From the NCBI GenBank assembly GCA_030704615.1, contig CM060731.1, positions 59,954,001 to 60,018,000 of the forward strand: a DNA stretch of 64,000 nt. Direction: 5' to 3'. The notes beneath the pieces are model-generated. The model saw only the letters and a program-made list of their open reading frames with translations, was not told the origin of the DNA and did no database searches. Origin of the DNA: Takakia lepidozioides (lineage: Eukaryota > Plantae > Bryophyta). A program made the translations under genes and the position numbers. Below, in pieces: positions 11,655-25,800 of this stretch (positions are counted from its first letter, which is position 1; every line of letters starts with the position of its first letter).

Positions 11655-14600
11655 ATGGAAGCTGCACTCTCGCACAAATATGCTGAAGAGAGTGAGCGCA
11701 TACGGATTCTTCCCAAAGAACGCTGCTGGATTGAAGCGGCTGACAATGTGCGGCGGGAATATACATTCACTGGTCCACACTCAGTCAGTCCTCTCCAGGT
11801 AGGCTGTTCTATAAGCTTTTGACGAGAGATTGGGCCTGAGACTTTTAAGATCGATCATTCGGTGCCGCTCCCATCCAAGCGCACTTATTTTGATGGAAAT
11901 CTCAGCACCCACATCGACGAAAGTAGATTCGTTCTTTTCCTTCCAGGAGGTATTCTGCTGATTTGAATTCCATATCTAATGTAGGATTTCCTTACATCTA
12001 TTGCTAATTTGCCTGTTACTAAAACAACTCAAATTACTCTCAGAGCTGGGATAGAATTGCAGTGCATGATAATGTCCTGCCGGACTGTCATCAGTACTCT
12101 TTTAATGACTTTAAACCCTGTTGAACCCTGCACCTAATTTGCACCTGGCTGGGGGTTATCGTTTCTCTTGTGGTTTAGCATTTTTCAATGTGATGTTGTG
12201 TAAGTGATGTCAAGATTTTATTGATGTTGTCTGTTTGATTTTGATACTACGCCCGCACATAGAAGGAGTCAGGCGTGCATTGTTTTTGGTCTCCTGTGAA
12301 TGTTTATGCTCATGCAGAGGAAATAACTATGTAATTACAGTCTTACATTGCTGTAAATATCAATTTGTACAGCTGAGTCATGGCCGTCCACAAGTGTCAC
12401 AGGTTTCAGAAGGCTGTGTGTCAGTCTTGCAAAAATGGTGGTTTGATTCTGAGGAGAGACGGTTCATGCTGGCACTTACATTATAGAATGAAGTTGATCT
12501 CAGCAGTGCAAATGTAGTAGACACAGAGGTGATACAACTGTGGTTGCACTATCAGTCACAAAGAGCTGTAACTGAGTGCTTGCTGTAACTGAGAGAGAGA
12601 AATAAACAGTCAAACTCTATATTGTGCACTACACACCTTAAGAGCTGTGGGACAAGAATGCATAGCAAAAATAGCGTAGCTCTAGATACCTAGCCAGAGA
12701 GAGAAAAGAAGATGTGCGTGAGAAGCTCAGAGAGTCTGAGACAGAAAGTCAGAGAAGAAGGAAAGGAAGGAAGAAACTTTGTAATGTCCACAGGGCCCCG
12801 TAAGGGCCCACAAGACATAGTAGAACAACAAGAAACCACACTCCAAGTGGCACCAAACGTTGCCCAAAGATGAAGTACCTGACGCAGGTTAAGGAGAGCT
12901 TTAACGTTTCAAACTTCTGCCCTGAGCAGGCAAGGTTGCTGAGGGATACAAGACTGCCTGTGCAAAAGGTGGCGGACAGCTTCTTGAGTCGGTTTTTCCC
13001 CCTCAGATACCCCCATAGGTATGATTCATTTTACTTGGTTTGCACCCCCCCTCCCCTAAAAGACTTTTTAGACTCTGGGTTGATTTTCTGGGTGGTTGGC
13101 CAAAGTGGAACTAGTTTTACATGAAGCTGAGGTAAAGCTGTTTGGCTGGGTGGCAGTGTGGCGGAGGGATATTTGGCATACAGTCAGTATCGTGCTGTGC
13201 AGCATTTTGCCAGTGCTGCTCTCTCAGTTCTTTCTACTCAGGTCTCTGCAACCTCTTAGGTAGTCATCAAAAGATCACTTGGTGTTTCCCTGACAGTCTA
13301 TCACTCTATGCAATTTTCACTTGGAATATCACTCTCGTACAGGCGATTATACTATTATTCAGTGGGGGGGTTGGAAACCCGTCAAGGCATTCCATTAGGG
13401 GGCCTTGTGTTTGCCACGGCGCACGTGCATGCCCTTACATCGTCTGCACAAGCATGTTTTTCTTGTCTATTCCCTTCCATAGGACTCTTTGGTCTGGCAC
13501 TGATGTAACATCAGTGTGTAAGAGAGATTGATTGAGGATTTCTCTCTGGGTGGTACAGTCTTTGCTATTTGCTGCAGGGTTAAGGCCAACACCTGAACAG
13601 GCGACCATTGTGAGCTGGGTTAGTCTGATTTGCTTTTTCTTCTCCTGATGATCACACGGTAGATAGGGAAATCTGCTATTCCAGCCAGTTCATTAGGGGC
13701 CATTGTTGCATGGTAATCATGCTAGTATCTTTTGGGATATTTCGAGTCAATGTAGTCGAGTTTGGTTGAAGACTGCTCAATTTTCACCACATGAGAGAAC
13801 ATGTTTCTTGTATCCTCAGGAGGCCGAAAGGGCCCAATGGCCACAATAGTACCACAAAAGCCATACGGTAGGAATGACAAGCAGGAAAAGAGAAAAGGAG
13901 AAAATGATTTTTCTGCAGGAGGCCCAGTAAGAGCTGCTGTTGCGTTGTGGCAGTAGACCCCCAGGTCAAGTGGAGGTAAATTTTAGAGGAGAAGGAAGAA
14001 GGGCTCCCCCATTTTGCAGAGGATAAGGTGTCAGGATTGACTATTCTTGGTATGGTCCATGCACAGGTCCTGAAGGATGGGATGCAACACATAGGAAAGC
14101 TGGTGTGCAGCAGCATGGGGGCTCGCCTTGATTCTGAGCCTAAGCGATGGCGTATTTTTGGTAAAAGCCAATACACCTACATATTTTGCGGGAGTATGTC
14201 TAGAAAAGGAAACCTGTTCTCCCTGAAAGCGATGGCTTATTTGGTTGCCCCACAGCAATAGTGGACTGACAGACATTTGGTTAGGATTTGGCTAGAAGTG
14301 TGGCACTTTCCAAGCAACAAATTAGGCTAACAGGGCCTTGTGTGGTATTCAATTGCTTGTGGGTGGGTATGGGAAACAGCGGATGTTATGTATGACATAG
14401 GTGCAGGACTAGAGGTTGTGTCGCCAATGTGTCCTCAGCACTTTCTACCTGTTGCTGGCATGGCCAGCCTTGCAAAGGTACTTCTTGTGTCTATCTGTGC
14501 CTCCCTTCCTTCAGGCTTCCTCTGCTTTTGTTTGCCTTTTCTCTACCCTAAAGGTGATTGTTGACAAGTGGAACTGTTTCAGGGGATGGCACTGGTTTCC

Positions 14601-14939
14601 GCAAGGGCAACGAGGCTGCCAGTATATTCATCTTTTGTCAAAGAAGGCAACCTGAGTGATTTATATGCTAAGGGAGAAGCAATCTCAACACTGTCTAATG
14701 TACTGGGGCTCGGTGTTGGAATTCATCTTGCTTCTAACTTTGGTGCTTCCATCCAAGGAAAGGTATGTAGCTCTCTGCCTCTCTTCTTGTTGTTCCTGTT
14801 GGCAGTGTTCAAAAGAACCAACTGTAACTCCTCGAGGTCCTCATGAAACCTTTTCCAAACTTCTTTGCTCAGAGGCGATTTACTGTGTTGATGTGGCAGT
14901 TGTTATTGGCACCTCTGCTTTCAGCCATCCATTTGTACA
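11655..14939 (+). pseudogene. RUS2: ROOT UVB SENSITIVE 2-like (DUF647) copy A, 3'-truncated. Exons 11655-11798, 12930-13018, 13157-13241, 13559-13618, 14067-14160, 14380-14477, 14583-14762, 14900-14939 (broken)
   Basis: GT-AG exons splice in frame to SFLSRFFP..YP, QYRAVQHFASAALSVLSTQ, SLLFAAGLRPTP.QATIVSW, VLKDGMQHIGKLVCSSMGARLDSEPKRWRI and ARATRLPVYSSFVKEGNLSDLYAKGEAISTL, recognised as the RUS2/WXR1 subfamily. The last 1.5 exons are missing. Confidence 0.88.
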
Positions 14940-15001
14940 AAGTCAGCCACGAGCATGGCAGTGCTATGTGCATTGAGTGTATTGACAGGAGCTGCCCGCA
15001 T

Positions 15002-15204
15002 AAAAGCTGGCCATTGTTTTTGGGCTCATCAGTACGCCATCTGGGACAACCATTCGCATCATCAAGAACCTCCGGATCTGTGGTGACTGTCACACTGCCA
15101 CCAAGTTCATCTCCAAGATTGTTGGACGAGAAATCATCATAAGGGATGCCAATCGCTTTCATCAGTTCAAGAATGGGGTATGTTCTTGTGGGGATTACTG
15201 GTGA
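15002..15204 (+). pseudogene. Orphan C-terminal DYW-domain fragment fused behind RUS2 copy A
   Basis: [30 protein letters not shown]...CSCGDYW*, nearly identical to 3107-3309. The HSE motif is cut off. Confidence 0.93.
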
Positions 15205-17931
15205 TGCTAAATGAAACAAGTGACAAATTGTCTACCCTTTTGCTGGGCATGAATATGATGTTCTTGTGTGAATAATGAAGTATTTGTCTCAGAATCCTGA
15301 GGCTCTGAAGCAAAAGCCTGGTTCCAGTTGAGAGTTTCGGAAGTGGAAGCACAGAAGAAGCTTGTTAAAGGACTTGTGTGCTTAGGAGAGTGAAAGAGAA
15401 TAATCGTTAGATTATGTTTTCAGTTACAAGCCATTCTAACTATGTAGAGACGGCGGGAATCAGGCCGAGCAAATGGTGATGATGCGAATGGCCAAGATCT
15501 TGGTGTGAGGCACTAATTATGCAGGCTCATGTTTCAGTGGAATCAGGACAGGCGCTTTCAACTTTCAAGAGTGGTAAGTGACTGAGATTGCTCATTTTGG
15601 AGCACCTACTGCTTTGCTATCACCTCAAACCAACCATGCTGGGGCAATGGCTGGGAACAGTGGCGGCATTCAAAAGATGTTGTCTCTCAACTAACTTCTC
15701 TCTGACATCTTTGGCATGTACGGTTTTGATCTTCGTCCTGTATGATACTGATCTGAGGGCAGATCTGTTAATCCGAAGTGGGGAGCATTTGTCCAAAAAT
15801 GTTTTCTGAGTGTCTGAATCTGACGGCATGTAGAACTCCAGGGTCCACTAGGTCACAGATTAAGTCACTGTTGAGAAGGTTGGAGGTGGTCATGTGCTGA
15901 AAGCAACCCAGTTGGGTCATGTATCTTTAGCACTGGTTTATCCTCTTTCCACATTCCAATCATGAATCTGCTCAGCTCCACCTTTGGCAATGACATCTCT
16001 CTTGAACTAGCAACCTCTGGCAATAAAGCAAGTGCACTTACGAGCTCGATAAAAGAAAGAACCTTTATGACATCCTTGGAAAGCTCAAAGAATACAAGAA
16101 AGAATGTGGGTCTCTCAACATGCAGCTCAAAAATAGCTAATCAACTAAAAGGATTCTCGAAGGTGAAGAGTTTCAGATGCAGTCATACTGCAAACATTTC
16201 TGGTAGTCAGGGAGAGACCCAAAGTGAGGAAAGAGATATTTATCACGTCTGTGGGATTCCTAAAGGGCCAAAAGGAGTAGAACAACAAACAAAGAACCAC
16301 AGAAGGATAATGTAGCCCACAGAGAGCCATAGAAGCACTCAAGAACTACTCACTGCTAAAGTTAGCTATGAAAGACTCTTGAGGGCAACATCGCCAAAAC
16401 CGTCCGGGAGAGTGGGGTCTATCAACCCTCTATGATACGGAACCAACCCCAGAGAGCCTGTTTACAGCTGATGGCAATCCAGTCACAGATAATTGAGTTT
16501 GGTTTAAGAGCTGGCATGATGTCATGCTACAAGAGCAATGTTGAGTCTGACACTATAGCTCCATATTCAACAATAAGTACCAATGTAGCCATGATTTAGC
16601 CCATCACACGGTCCTTTAAAAAAGACAATGAGAAAGTACGCAGTCTCTTGGTCCATTTTCCCCTTGCAGTGACAACCACACATTCATGCCTTCATTTAAT
16701 TCTCATCTTTGCAAGTCTGATACTGTTAATAACATTCTCAGTCTTTCCCCATGGGCCCCTGGCGGCCCCCTGTGGACATTCTCCTTATTCCTGTCTATCC
16801 AAGATAATCTTCCATTACGAGGATCAGACATGCTTAAGTTAGCAGCAGATCTGCATGGGCCAGTGACTCTCTTAGACAATCCCTTGATCAATAGTTGTTT
16901 TTGGTCTGCTTGTGGGGGGGGGGGGCACTCTCTTTCCTGTTTCATGCTTTCTCTTTTCCCATAAGCTCTTTGAGTCATTATGAAGTATCATTTCATTTCC
17001 TTCTCCTCACAATGTCAAAAACTGTAGCTTGGGAGCTACAACCACACTGCTGGAATCAAAATTGTGTTAGTTGACATGAATTCTCTGGATTGTACTCCGT
17101 GTGCACTAGCATATGCGAGTCAAATGTTCCACTCAATGATTATATTGCTCACATATGCAATCGTTTATGCTGTGACTTGGCACCATTGCATTCTTGAAAT
17201 GCAGACCACAGCACTGTAGCAACACTTAAGTTACCACTCAATGCTCCAGAGAATTAGACCAGTAATACTAGATGTCAATCTTGCACTGAACTGTGATAGC
17301 CCCTGATTTTCAGTCAAATCGGACTTTCAGCCTTGATCCTATGGTGTTTCTTGCTAGCAAGAAATGACACTTTCATTTACTGGGCGTATACCTCTGTTCA
17401 AGAAGCCAAAATAGTGTGCCATGGAAATCAATCTTTCCCAGGTAACGGTCCATCCAGCCAGCATCTGCACGCGCAATCAGATCATCCACAGGGGCACTCG
17501 GAATGCTCTTGTGACCCAGAAGCTGGATAGCCGAGTGCTACCTAGTCCTTGTTGGCAGCTTGGGGCCATCCACATTATCCCATATCGATTGCGCGTATCT
17601 CAACGTCCAGAACAGTATAAGTTGAAGAGGCCGTTACGAGGAAGTTTTCAAAAAGGGTCGGTTGGTTAAATATACCATGCATACCTTCGGACACGTGCTG
17701 TATGGATATCAAGACATATGGCCGGCACAATTAATGGGCTCCAATAGGGTTGGCTGTACAGGCGACCCTTCCAACACCTCAACTTGGATGACTGGTGAAC
17801 GAGGGTACCGTTAGATGGATGGATGAAGTGCACGTGCGATTTATGGTGCCAGTGTACTTGTGAGGGTAGTCTTTCGATTATCCTCAATTTGAAGCCTGAG
17901 TTGCGGCCAAGTTAGGAGGAGGAGACGATCG

Positions 17932-17989
17932 CTGGGAGCTATGGCCTCACTCATGAACTCCTGGGAGCTATGGCCTCACTCATGAACTC
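17932..17989 (+). repeat. Perfect 29-bp tandem duplication
   Basis: ctgggagctatggcctcactcatgaactc occurs twice. Confidence 0.9.
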
Positions 17990-19934
17990 CAGACAATGGA
18001 CGCCATCTCAATCCACGCCATGACCTTGCTCTAATGTGCAGGTGGGTTACCGCAGGTGTGAACAAGTAATTCCCCGCACCTCCGCCCACAGGGTTCAATG
18101 CGCAGCACAGCGCCCATCGGCTGCTATACCAAGTTGTGGGTTGTTCTCATCTTCTCGCATGCAGCCTGGAATTCTAGTCAAGGCTTTTCAACCAATTTGT
18201 TAACAATCTCGAGCAAAATGTAGTTCTTCCAACCTCTCGGTCTTGTGAATTGGCTCACACTGTTTTCTGTGATTGGTCTTATTGGTTTGGTTTTTTTCCA
18301 CTCAGTTGTCCGTTCCCCTTTTTCCTTGCCCGGAATCTATCCTCGTTTTTGAGAACTTTCCTTATCCTAAAAATTCCTTCCACCCTTAGTACAGCCGCCC
18401 ATTTCAGCTGTCAAACGTGGTGACGAGTGTCTGTGTGGATGGTTCAGCTCGCAGAAGAGAAAGCAAGAGGAAGACGAAAGGAGAGAAGGGAAAGGTGGTG
18501 GAAGAGGAAGTGTACAACATTGATGGTGGTTGGAAGGTTAATTATGACTCCACAGAAGAGGTTAACCTCTACGCAGTGGTTGTAAGCCTTTTGCAGGGGT
18601 TTTTGACAGGCATCACTATAAATTTTTCCGTTTAATAAAAACCTCTCTTGAGGGGTTTCTTATGAGCACCTTGACACCAGCAGCCATGGATATGTTCATT
18701 GCTGCTGTATGGGCTTAGAGTCTGAACCTTGAGTAGAAGCTATATGGTGCCCAACAAGCTCCATTTTTTCATGAAGCTCACAAAACGAATCTGAAAATAC
18801 ACACCTATACAAACTTGGTGCACCTGCAGTTCTACTGCACATCCCTTGGCTTTAGGGCGCCTCGTTGCTGCCCTTCTAGCCCCGCTCTTGTCACTCCAAG
18901 AACCCTTATACTGCTGAGTTTTCAGATTGAAACTCCAACTCAGCACATGCTTCACAAGTGCACTGATTTGCACACAAGAGGGACCAGCCCCCTCTCTTCA
19001 CTCATACCTCTTCATGAGCTTGGAGCTGAAGCTCCCAACGGGTTGCGATGCATCCCCTCGCAGCTCCACCATTCGGCTGCTCTTTATCTATCCACAACAA
19101 CTAGTTTCAGGCAGAAATACCTGGAGCTGATCATATCATCTCCAACCTGCAACATGCTAGCTTCCCATGCGCAGCCTACATTTTTGCAGCTCCTTAACTC
19201 GGCCTGCAACTGAAGCAAACGACCACCAGTTCGCCCATTCGTGGCCAGCATCTCCTCCACTTCACACTAGAAGCCCAAACTTGGTTGCCATAACGTTGAG
19301 CTATGCAACATCGCTCTTCAACATAGGCTATCTGCCTCTCTATCCATTGCAAACCTGCAACCTGTTCGCCTTTGCACTCTATCCGCTTTGGATAAGCTCA
19401 CGCACGGATCCCTGCACTCTAGGCTGAACCGCTTATCATAATTTGAAAACACAAGTGCTACAACTAACTTGAACCTGACACTCACAGACTCGAGCTGATC
19501 TTTCTCGAGTGATAAGGAAAGGAATGATACAAGCATATAATAAGCTCTCTCAAACTCACACACTTACGCATGAAAACATCACTCATATATTAAGTCTATG
19601 GGGAATCCACACTACGGCGCCATAGCTAGACGCGGTGAGGCTGAACTTGAGAAAGATGAGCCCACCGCGATCTGCCGTGAAGATAACAACGTCATGTGCC
19701 CAAACATGTATTGGTCCCTGGATTGACACTTGGATCAATCCCAAATGTCAATATATAAAAGCTAGCTATTTCCTAGCTAACTTCACACCAGTGGTAAAAT
19801 AACTTGACAGCTTTCTTCTTGCAAACCCTGCAACACCTTGTAACTTAAGAGCTATCTATCAAGCTCTCTTCCACACATAAGTGCTAACTATGCTAACACC
19901 TTGCACTCATAGATGTAAGCAGGTTTTCTTCTAG

Positions 19935-20282
19935 TGATACGGAAATGGTGAAAAGAGGAGAAACCACTCTATCACGTTATATAAGTCAAGCCAATGGCAC
20001 ATTTGCTAAACGACTCCACCATACAGACCTCACCCATTCTCCATCTCAAGTACTAGAGCTATGGCGGCGAGAGAGGCCTCGGGAGGCTCGACTAGAAGAA
20101 GACGAGCCTGCCTACGTCTCAGGTGGAGATAACCTCCCCACGTCCCAAGTGAGGTTTGCCACCTCACTTGGCACATGGAACCAAATGAAGTTCCAATGCC
20201 AACAAAATACAAATATAAATGTATAATGTCCTAATTAGTTAGAAATAACTAATTCTAACTAATCACAAACAAAACCATGACA
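19935..20282 (-). mobile_element. Solo or partial LTR, same family as 55688-56035
   Basis: 348 bp with TG...CA ends (tgatacgg...ccatgaca), highly similar to the LTR segment of the Gypsy element at 55.6-57.9 kb. No TSD seen. Confidence 0.8.
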
Positions 20283-20299
20283 ATTATTTAAAATGGCCA

Positions 20300-20815
20300 G
20301 CCCCATACCAGGTGCTCCCATTTCTCCACAAAAAAATATTTTGTAATTCTTTTAAGCATAGAGTGTTTATTATTTAGCTAGCTACCCATACCAACTGCCC
20401 TCATTCAATTCCGACGTCGTGAGCGGAAATGGCGCCCACCCTTGCAATTAACATGAAAGTTGCCAACATAGTGCTTTGACAAAATATATAGGCCCATACC
20501 AAGTGCTCCCATTTTAGCACACAAAATGTTTTTTTTACTTATTTCAATTAGAGAGTGTTCATTATCAAGGTGGCTACCCATACCAACTTGTCTCATTGGA
20601 TTCCGACATCCGGAGGGAAAATGGCGGTCACCCTTGCAATGAACATGGAAGTGGCCAACATAGTGCTTTAACAAAATGCACAGCCCTATACCATGTGCTC
20701 CCATTTTGGCACACAATTTTCTTTTGTACTTCTTTCAATCAGAGAGTATTCATTATCAAGCTACCTACCCGTACCAATTTGTCTCATTGGATTCCGACAT
20801 CATGAGGAAAAATGG
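20300..20815. repeat. Diverged ~191-bp tandem repeat, about 2.7 copies
   Basis: The motifs ataccaxgtgctcccatt and ctcattggattccgac recur with units starting near 20300, 20492 and 20683. Confidence 0.85.
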
Positions 20816-22801
20816 CAATAGCAATGGCAAGAGCATAGGGAGAATGAGAATCTTCATCGAGCATTTGCAAAAATGAGCTTGGCAAACTCTCATCACCTAT
20901 CTTGAGCACTTCCTCTTAATGGCAACCTCACACTTGTATGTAACAAGCACCTCCAAAAATTGATCCAAGCTTCTCCTCCAAAAATTGATCCAAGCTGCTG
21001 GATTGAAGCGGCTGACAATGTGCGGCGGGAATATACATTCACTGGTCCACAATCAGTCAGTCCTCTCCAGGTAAGGCCGTTCTATGAACTTTTGATGAGA
21101 GATTGGGCCTCAGACTTTTAAGAATATATCATTAGGTGCCGCTCCCATCCAAGCGCACTTATTTTGATGGAAAACTCAGCACTCGCAGTCACGAAAGTAG
21201 ATTCGTTCTTTTCCTTCCAAGAGGTATCCTGCTGATTTGAATTCCATATCTAATGTATGATTTCCTTACATCTATGGCTAATTTGCCTGTTACTAAAACA
21301 ACTCAAATGGTAATGTTAATGGTAATGTTCTGCCGGACTGTCATCAGTACTCTTTTAATGACTTTAAACCCTGTTGAACCCTGCACCTAATTTGCACCTG
21401 GCTGGGTTTATCGTTTCTCTTGTGGTTTAGCAGTTTTCCATGTGATGCACTTCGAGTGTGGTTTCTTCTTGTTCTACTATGTCTTGTGGGCCCTTATGGG
21501 ACCCTGTGGACATTACAAAGTTCTTCCTTCCTTTCCTTCTTCTCTGACTTTCTGTCTCAGACCCTCTGATCTTCTCATGCACATCTTCTTTTTCCTCTCT
21601 GGCCAGGTATCTAGAGCTACGGTATTTTTGCTATGCATTCTTGTCCCACAGCTCTTACAGTTTCAAAGGACAATATAAAGTTTGACTGTTTATTTCTTTC
21701 TCTCAGTTACAGCAAGCACTCAGTTACAGCTCTTTGCGACTGATTGTGCAACCACAGTCGTATCACATCTGTGTCTACTACATTTGCACTGCTGAGATCA
21801 ACTTCATTCTATAATGTCAGTGCCAGCATGAACCGTCTCGCCTCAGAATCAAACCACCATTTTTGCAAGGCTGACACGCAGCCTTCTGAAACCTGTGACA
21901 CTCGTGGACGGCCATGACTCAGCTGTACAAATTGATAGTTACAACAATGTAAGACCGTAACTACGTAGTTATTTCCGTGCATGAGCATGAACATTCACAG
22001 GAGACCAAAAAAATGCACGCCTGACTCCTTCTATGTGCTGGGCGTAGTATCAAAATTTATCAGACAACATCATAATCCAGTAAACTCTTGACATTGCCCA
22101 AAGATGAACTACCTGACACAGGTAAAGGAGAGCTTTAACGTTTCAAACTTCTGTACTGTGCAGGCAAGGTTGCTGAGGGATACAAGATTGCCTGTGCAAA
22201 AGGTGGTGGACAGCTTCTTGAGTCGGTTTTTCCCCCTCAGATACCCCCATAGGTATGATTCACGTTACTTGTTTGCCCCCCCCCCCTTCCCTAAAAGACT
22301 TTTTAGACTCTGGGTGATCCTGCTGGGTCTTGATTTTCTGGGTGGTTGGCCAAAGTGGAACTAGTTTTACATGAAGCTGAGGTAAAGCTGTTTGGCTGGG
22401 TGGAAGTGTGGCGGAGGGATATTTGGCATACAGTCAGTATCGCGCTGTGCAGCATTTTGCCAGTGCTGCTCTCTCAGTTCTTTCTACTCAGGTCTCTGCA
22501 ACCTCTTAGGTAGTCATCAAAAGATCACTTGGTGTTTCCCTGACAGTCTATGACTCTATGCAATTTTCACTTGGACTACCACTCTCGTACAGGCGATTAT
22601 ACTATCATTCACTCGGGAGGTTGGAAACCCGTCAAGGCATTCCATTAGGGGGCCTTGTGTTTACCATGGCGCATGTGCATGCCCTTACATCGTCTGCACA
22701 AGCATGTTTTTCTTGTCTATCCCCTTCCATGGGACTCTTTGGTCTGGCAGACCATTGCTCAAACCACGTGTACTTTTCACATGTAACATCAATGTGTAAG
22801 A

Positions 22802-25800
22802 TTGTACTCATAAGACGTTGTTTGCCGTAGCCTTGTGGCCATTGACCCCGCGCCCAGTTTGAGCGGGAACAAAAGGGATAGAACCTACCTCTGTCAGGGG
22901 CTAACGTTGGTAGTAAGACTTGCCTTGATATATAGAATTAATCCGGGTTTTCCAGATATCCTCTAGAAATCCCTTCACACAAGCATCAATCTGCTGTGTG
23001 TGATTTGCCCAAAAACTAGGCCTCAGGAGGGCCTGGGCTTTCGGCTCAGCCTCGAGACTTTCAAAGTTGGTAAACAGGGGTACAGGCACAATTCCCTTGA
23101 TAGATTTGAAGAGAGCGTCTCTTTGGTGAGAGAACCCTGGACAGTGTATCAGAAAATGAATACTGTCTTCAGATTGCCCACACAACGGGCAATTGCACTC
23201 TCCCTTTCCTCTCTGCTTCTGTTTGCTGTTCAAAGGTAGGCTCCTGCCCTGAGTTTAAATTTCAGTCTAGTGCCGAGAGTGGGTAGACCCTTGAGGTCAT
23301 TCAAGATGTCCTCCCCCATGTCACTGACTGGAAACAAGTTCAGGGAAGTTTTCTGCCTAACTTCATTTTCATCAGACAATCTCATGGCAACAGACATGGC
23401 TTCGGACACTACAGCCTCTAAGTCAGATTTATCCAGCAGGGTCAAGACTTGCGGATCCAGGTCCAGGTCCTTGAGAATCTCTTCTACTCTCTTCTGCCAG
23501 GACTTAGCCTGTTTGACAGTGCGGTCCTGTTTCCAAGATATAGAGTCGATTAACTTAGGATATCTGGTGTTGGGCATATGTTGCAGCTGACCCCACCATC
23601 TGACCTTGAATTCATCTCGTCGGGAGCTTAAGGACGGAATGCCAAACTCACCCCGAACAGCCACACTGGCTGTTTTGGAGCATGCTGACATACACTCCTT
23701 AAGCACCCCCACTTGAATGGATTCTAGAGACTTAGCCTGGTTGGAGTTATCAACCCATATAGCAGATCCATACTCCAAGGCAGGTCTAATAACGCGGCAA
23801 AGCATGGTTTTCTTAACCTCAGAGTTGACCCCTCTGCAGTGGAAAAATTTAGTGAGCCCCAGAGCTTTGCCCTTGCCAGTTTGAATAACTTTCCGGATTG
23901 TATACAATTGGAGGAAAACTCAACGCCCAGGTAAGTGTATGAAGGGAGGACCGGGATCTCTTGGCTACCCCACTGCCACTTAAGATCACTTCCTCCCTCT
24001 CCTCTGTCGTTGAATGCTACCACTGCACATTTGCTGACATTAGCCTCTAGCCCCCAAAGATCAAAGTATCTCTTCGCGCAATCTATCAACTCCTGGAGAT
24101 TGGTTGGAGTCTCCCCTATGCCTGCAAAGTCATCCGCAAACATAAGGGCTGGTATGGTGGTATCACCCACCCTTAACCCAAATCCCTCACTTTCCACATC
24201 CTCGAGGAGTTGATTGATAAAAACATTGAAGAGCAGAGGGGAGAGAGTACATCCTTGAGCTACACCTTGGTCTATGTCAAAGAAGTTGGACTTCTGTCCG
24301 TTAACAGTGACACAGCTTTTGGTGTGAGCATACAAGTTGTGGACAACTCTCCACATCTTTCCCTTGATCCCACAAGACCAGAGGTGGAACCATAGGCCAT
24401 CTCTCCACACTGTGTCATAAGCCTTTTTGACATCCAGGAAAAAAACGTAAGTGGGTTTCCCTTCTTTTTTCCTTCCCTGGATAATCTGGCTTAGTTTCGC
24501 CGAAAGCCAGCATGGCCTTCGTGGAAACAACCTCTAGACTCCAGATCAACCTCGAGACGAGTACTTATAACTCTGCAGAGTGTTGCCAACAGCATTGAGG
24601 AGCGTGATGCCACGGTAGTTCCCCGGTTCTTCTCCGTCACCCTTCTTGTATAGATTGACAATGACCCCCTGTCGCCAGCGAAAGGGGATCATTTCAGTCT
24701 TCCAGATAAGGTTAAAGAGGAGAACTAGGGCCTCTATCATGGGATCGCCACCGTGCTTGATAAGCTCATTGACAATACCATCAGGTCCACCAGCTTTATA
24801 TATGTTCAATTGCTTCCACAATCTCAGAAGAACTAATGGGAGCGTTATAAGCCATTGAAATATACTCCAGTTCATCAGGGCTGTTTTGAATCATAGGAAC
24901 AGTTTTTCCAACTGTGTCCCTCCATTCAGCAGAAGACCCCTCACTGTTAGACCTAGAAGTTCTGCCAAGGATACTGTAGTGATTTTCAAAGGTTTTGACA
25001 ATGTCAACCGATGAAGTCACCACTACACCTTTAGTAGTCTTCAGCGCTTGTACTTGCTGACCGTTTTTAGGCTTGTACAAACGTTGAAGGGCCAACCAGA
25101 ATTTCTTGTCATTACCACCATGGTGGTTTGAGTTTATTTCACTGTATAACTTGTCCCAGTATAATTTCTTCTGAGACCTAACAAGCTGATTGATATCCTT
25201 ACGGAGCTGGTAGTACCTCGCCCACAATTCTCTGTTGGTTTTCAAATTGCAGCACTCTTTATAAAGGGCTCGTCTCTCAGCTATCTTGAGTTTGATCTCA
25301 TTGGTCCACCAATTAACAGCTCTACCGCAGACGATTAGTTTCCTCCCAATGATCTTGTCAGCCACGGAGGAAACGAAACTCTCCCAAGAGTCCACTGCTC
25401 TTTCAACTTCATTTCTTGCGTTGTCAGAGTGAGACTGAAGTTCTTGGAGCGATTGGACAAAATGAGGGAGAGCCTCTTGCAAGGCCTGGACGTACTCAGC
25501 CTTGACCTCCTCATTATGGAATTTTTCTATGCGCCACTTCCGAATCGAACGTTTCACAGATCTCTTGGTGTTGGGAAAACACCTTTTGATCTCAGTCCAA
25601 ACCAGGAAGTGGTCAGAGGTACCAATATCAGTTCTGTCGATCAACACATTGGCACACTGGGGAAACAAATTTTTGTCCATTATGATATAGTCCACAATGG
25701 AACGTTCCCCAGTTTGGGATTTCTCACGAGTCCACTGCACTTGGTCACCTCTTGTCCTGTTATTCAAGGTCAAAAGCTGAAGCTCTTCCAGACAGTTAAT

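Noticed and set aside
14843-15204. Functional in-frame RUS2-DYW fusion protein
   Set aside because: The DYW fragment is out of frame with RUS2 exon 8 and lacks the HSE motif.
15962-16315. 117-aa ORF repeated at 32106-32459 as a gene
   Set aside because: Its conservation reflects the recent duplication. It is disrupted in the 4065-4310 copy and has no recognisable domain.
18636-18660. Rho-independent terminator-like hairpin
   Set aside because: Eukaryotic non-coding context with no associated gene; may be a chance or TE hairpin.
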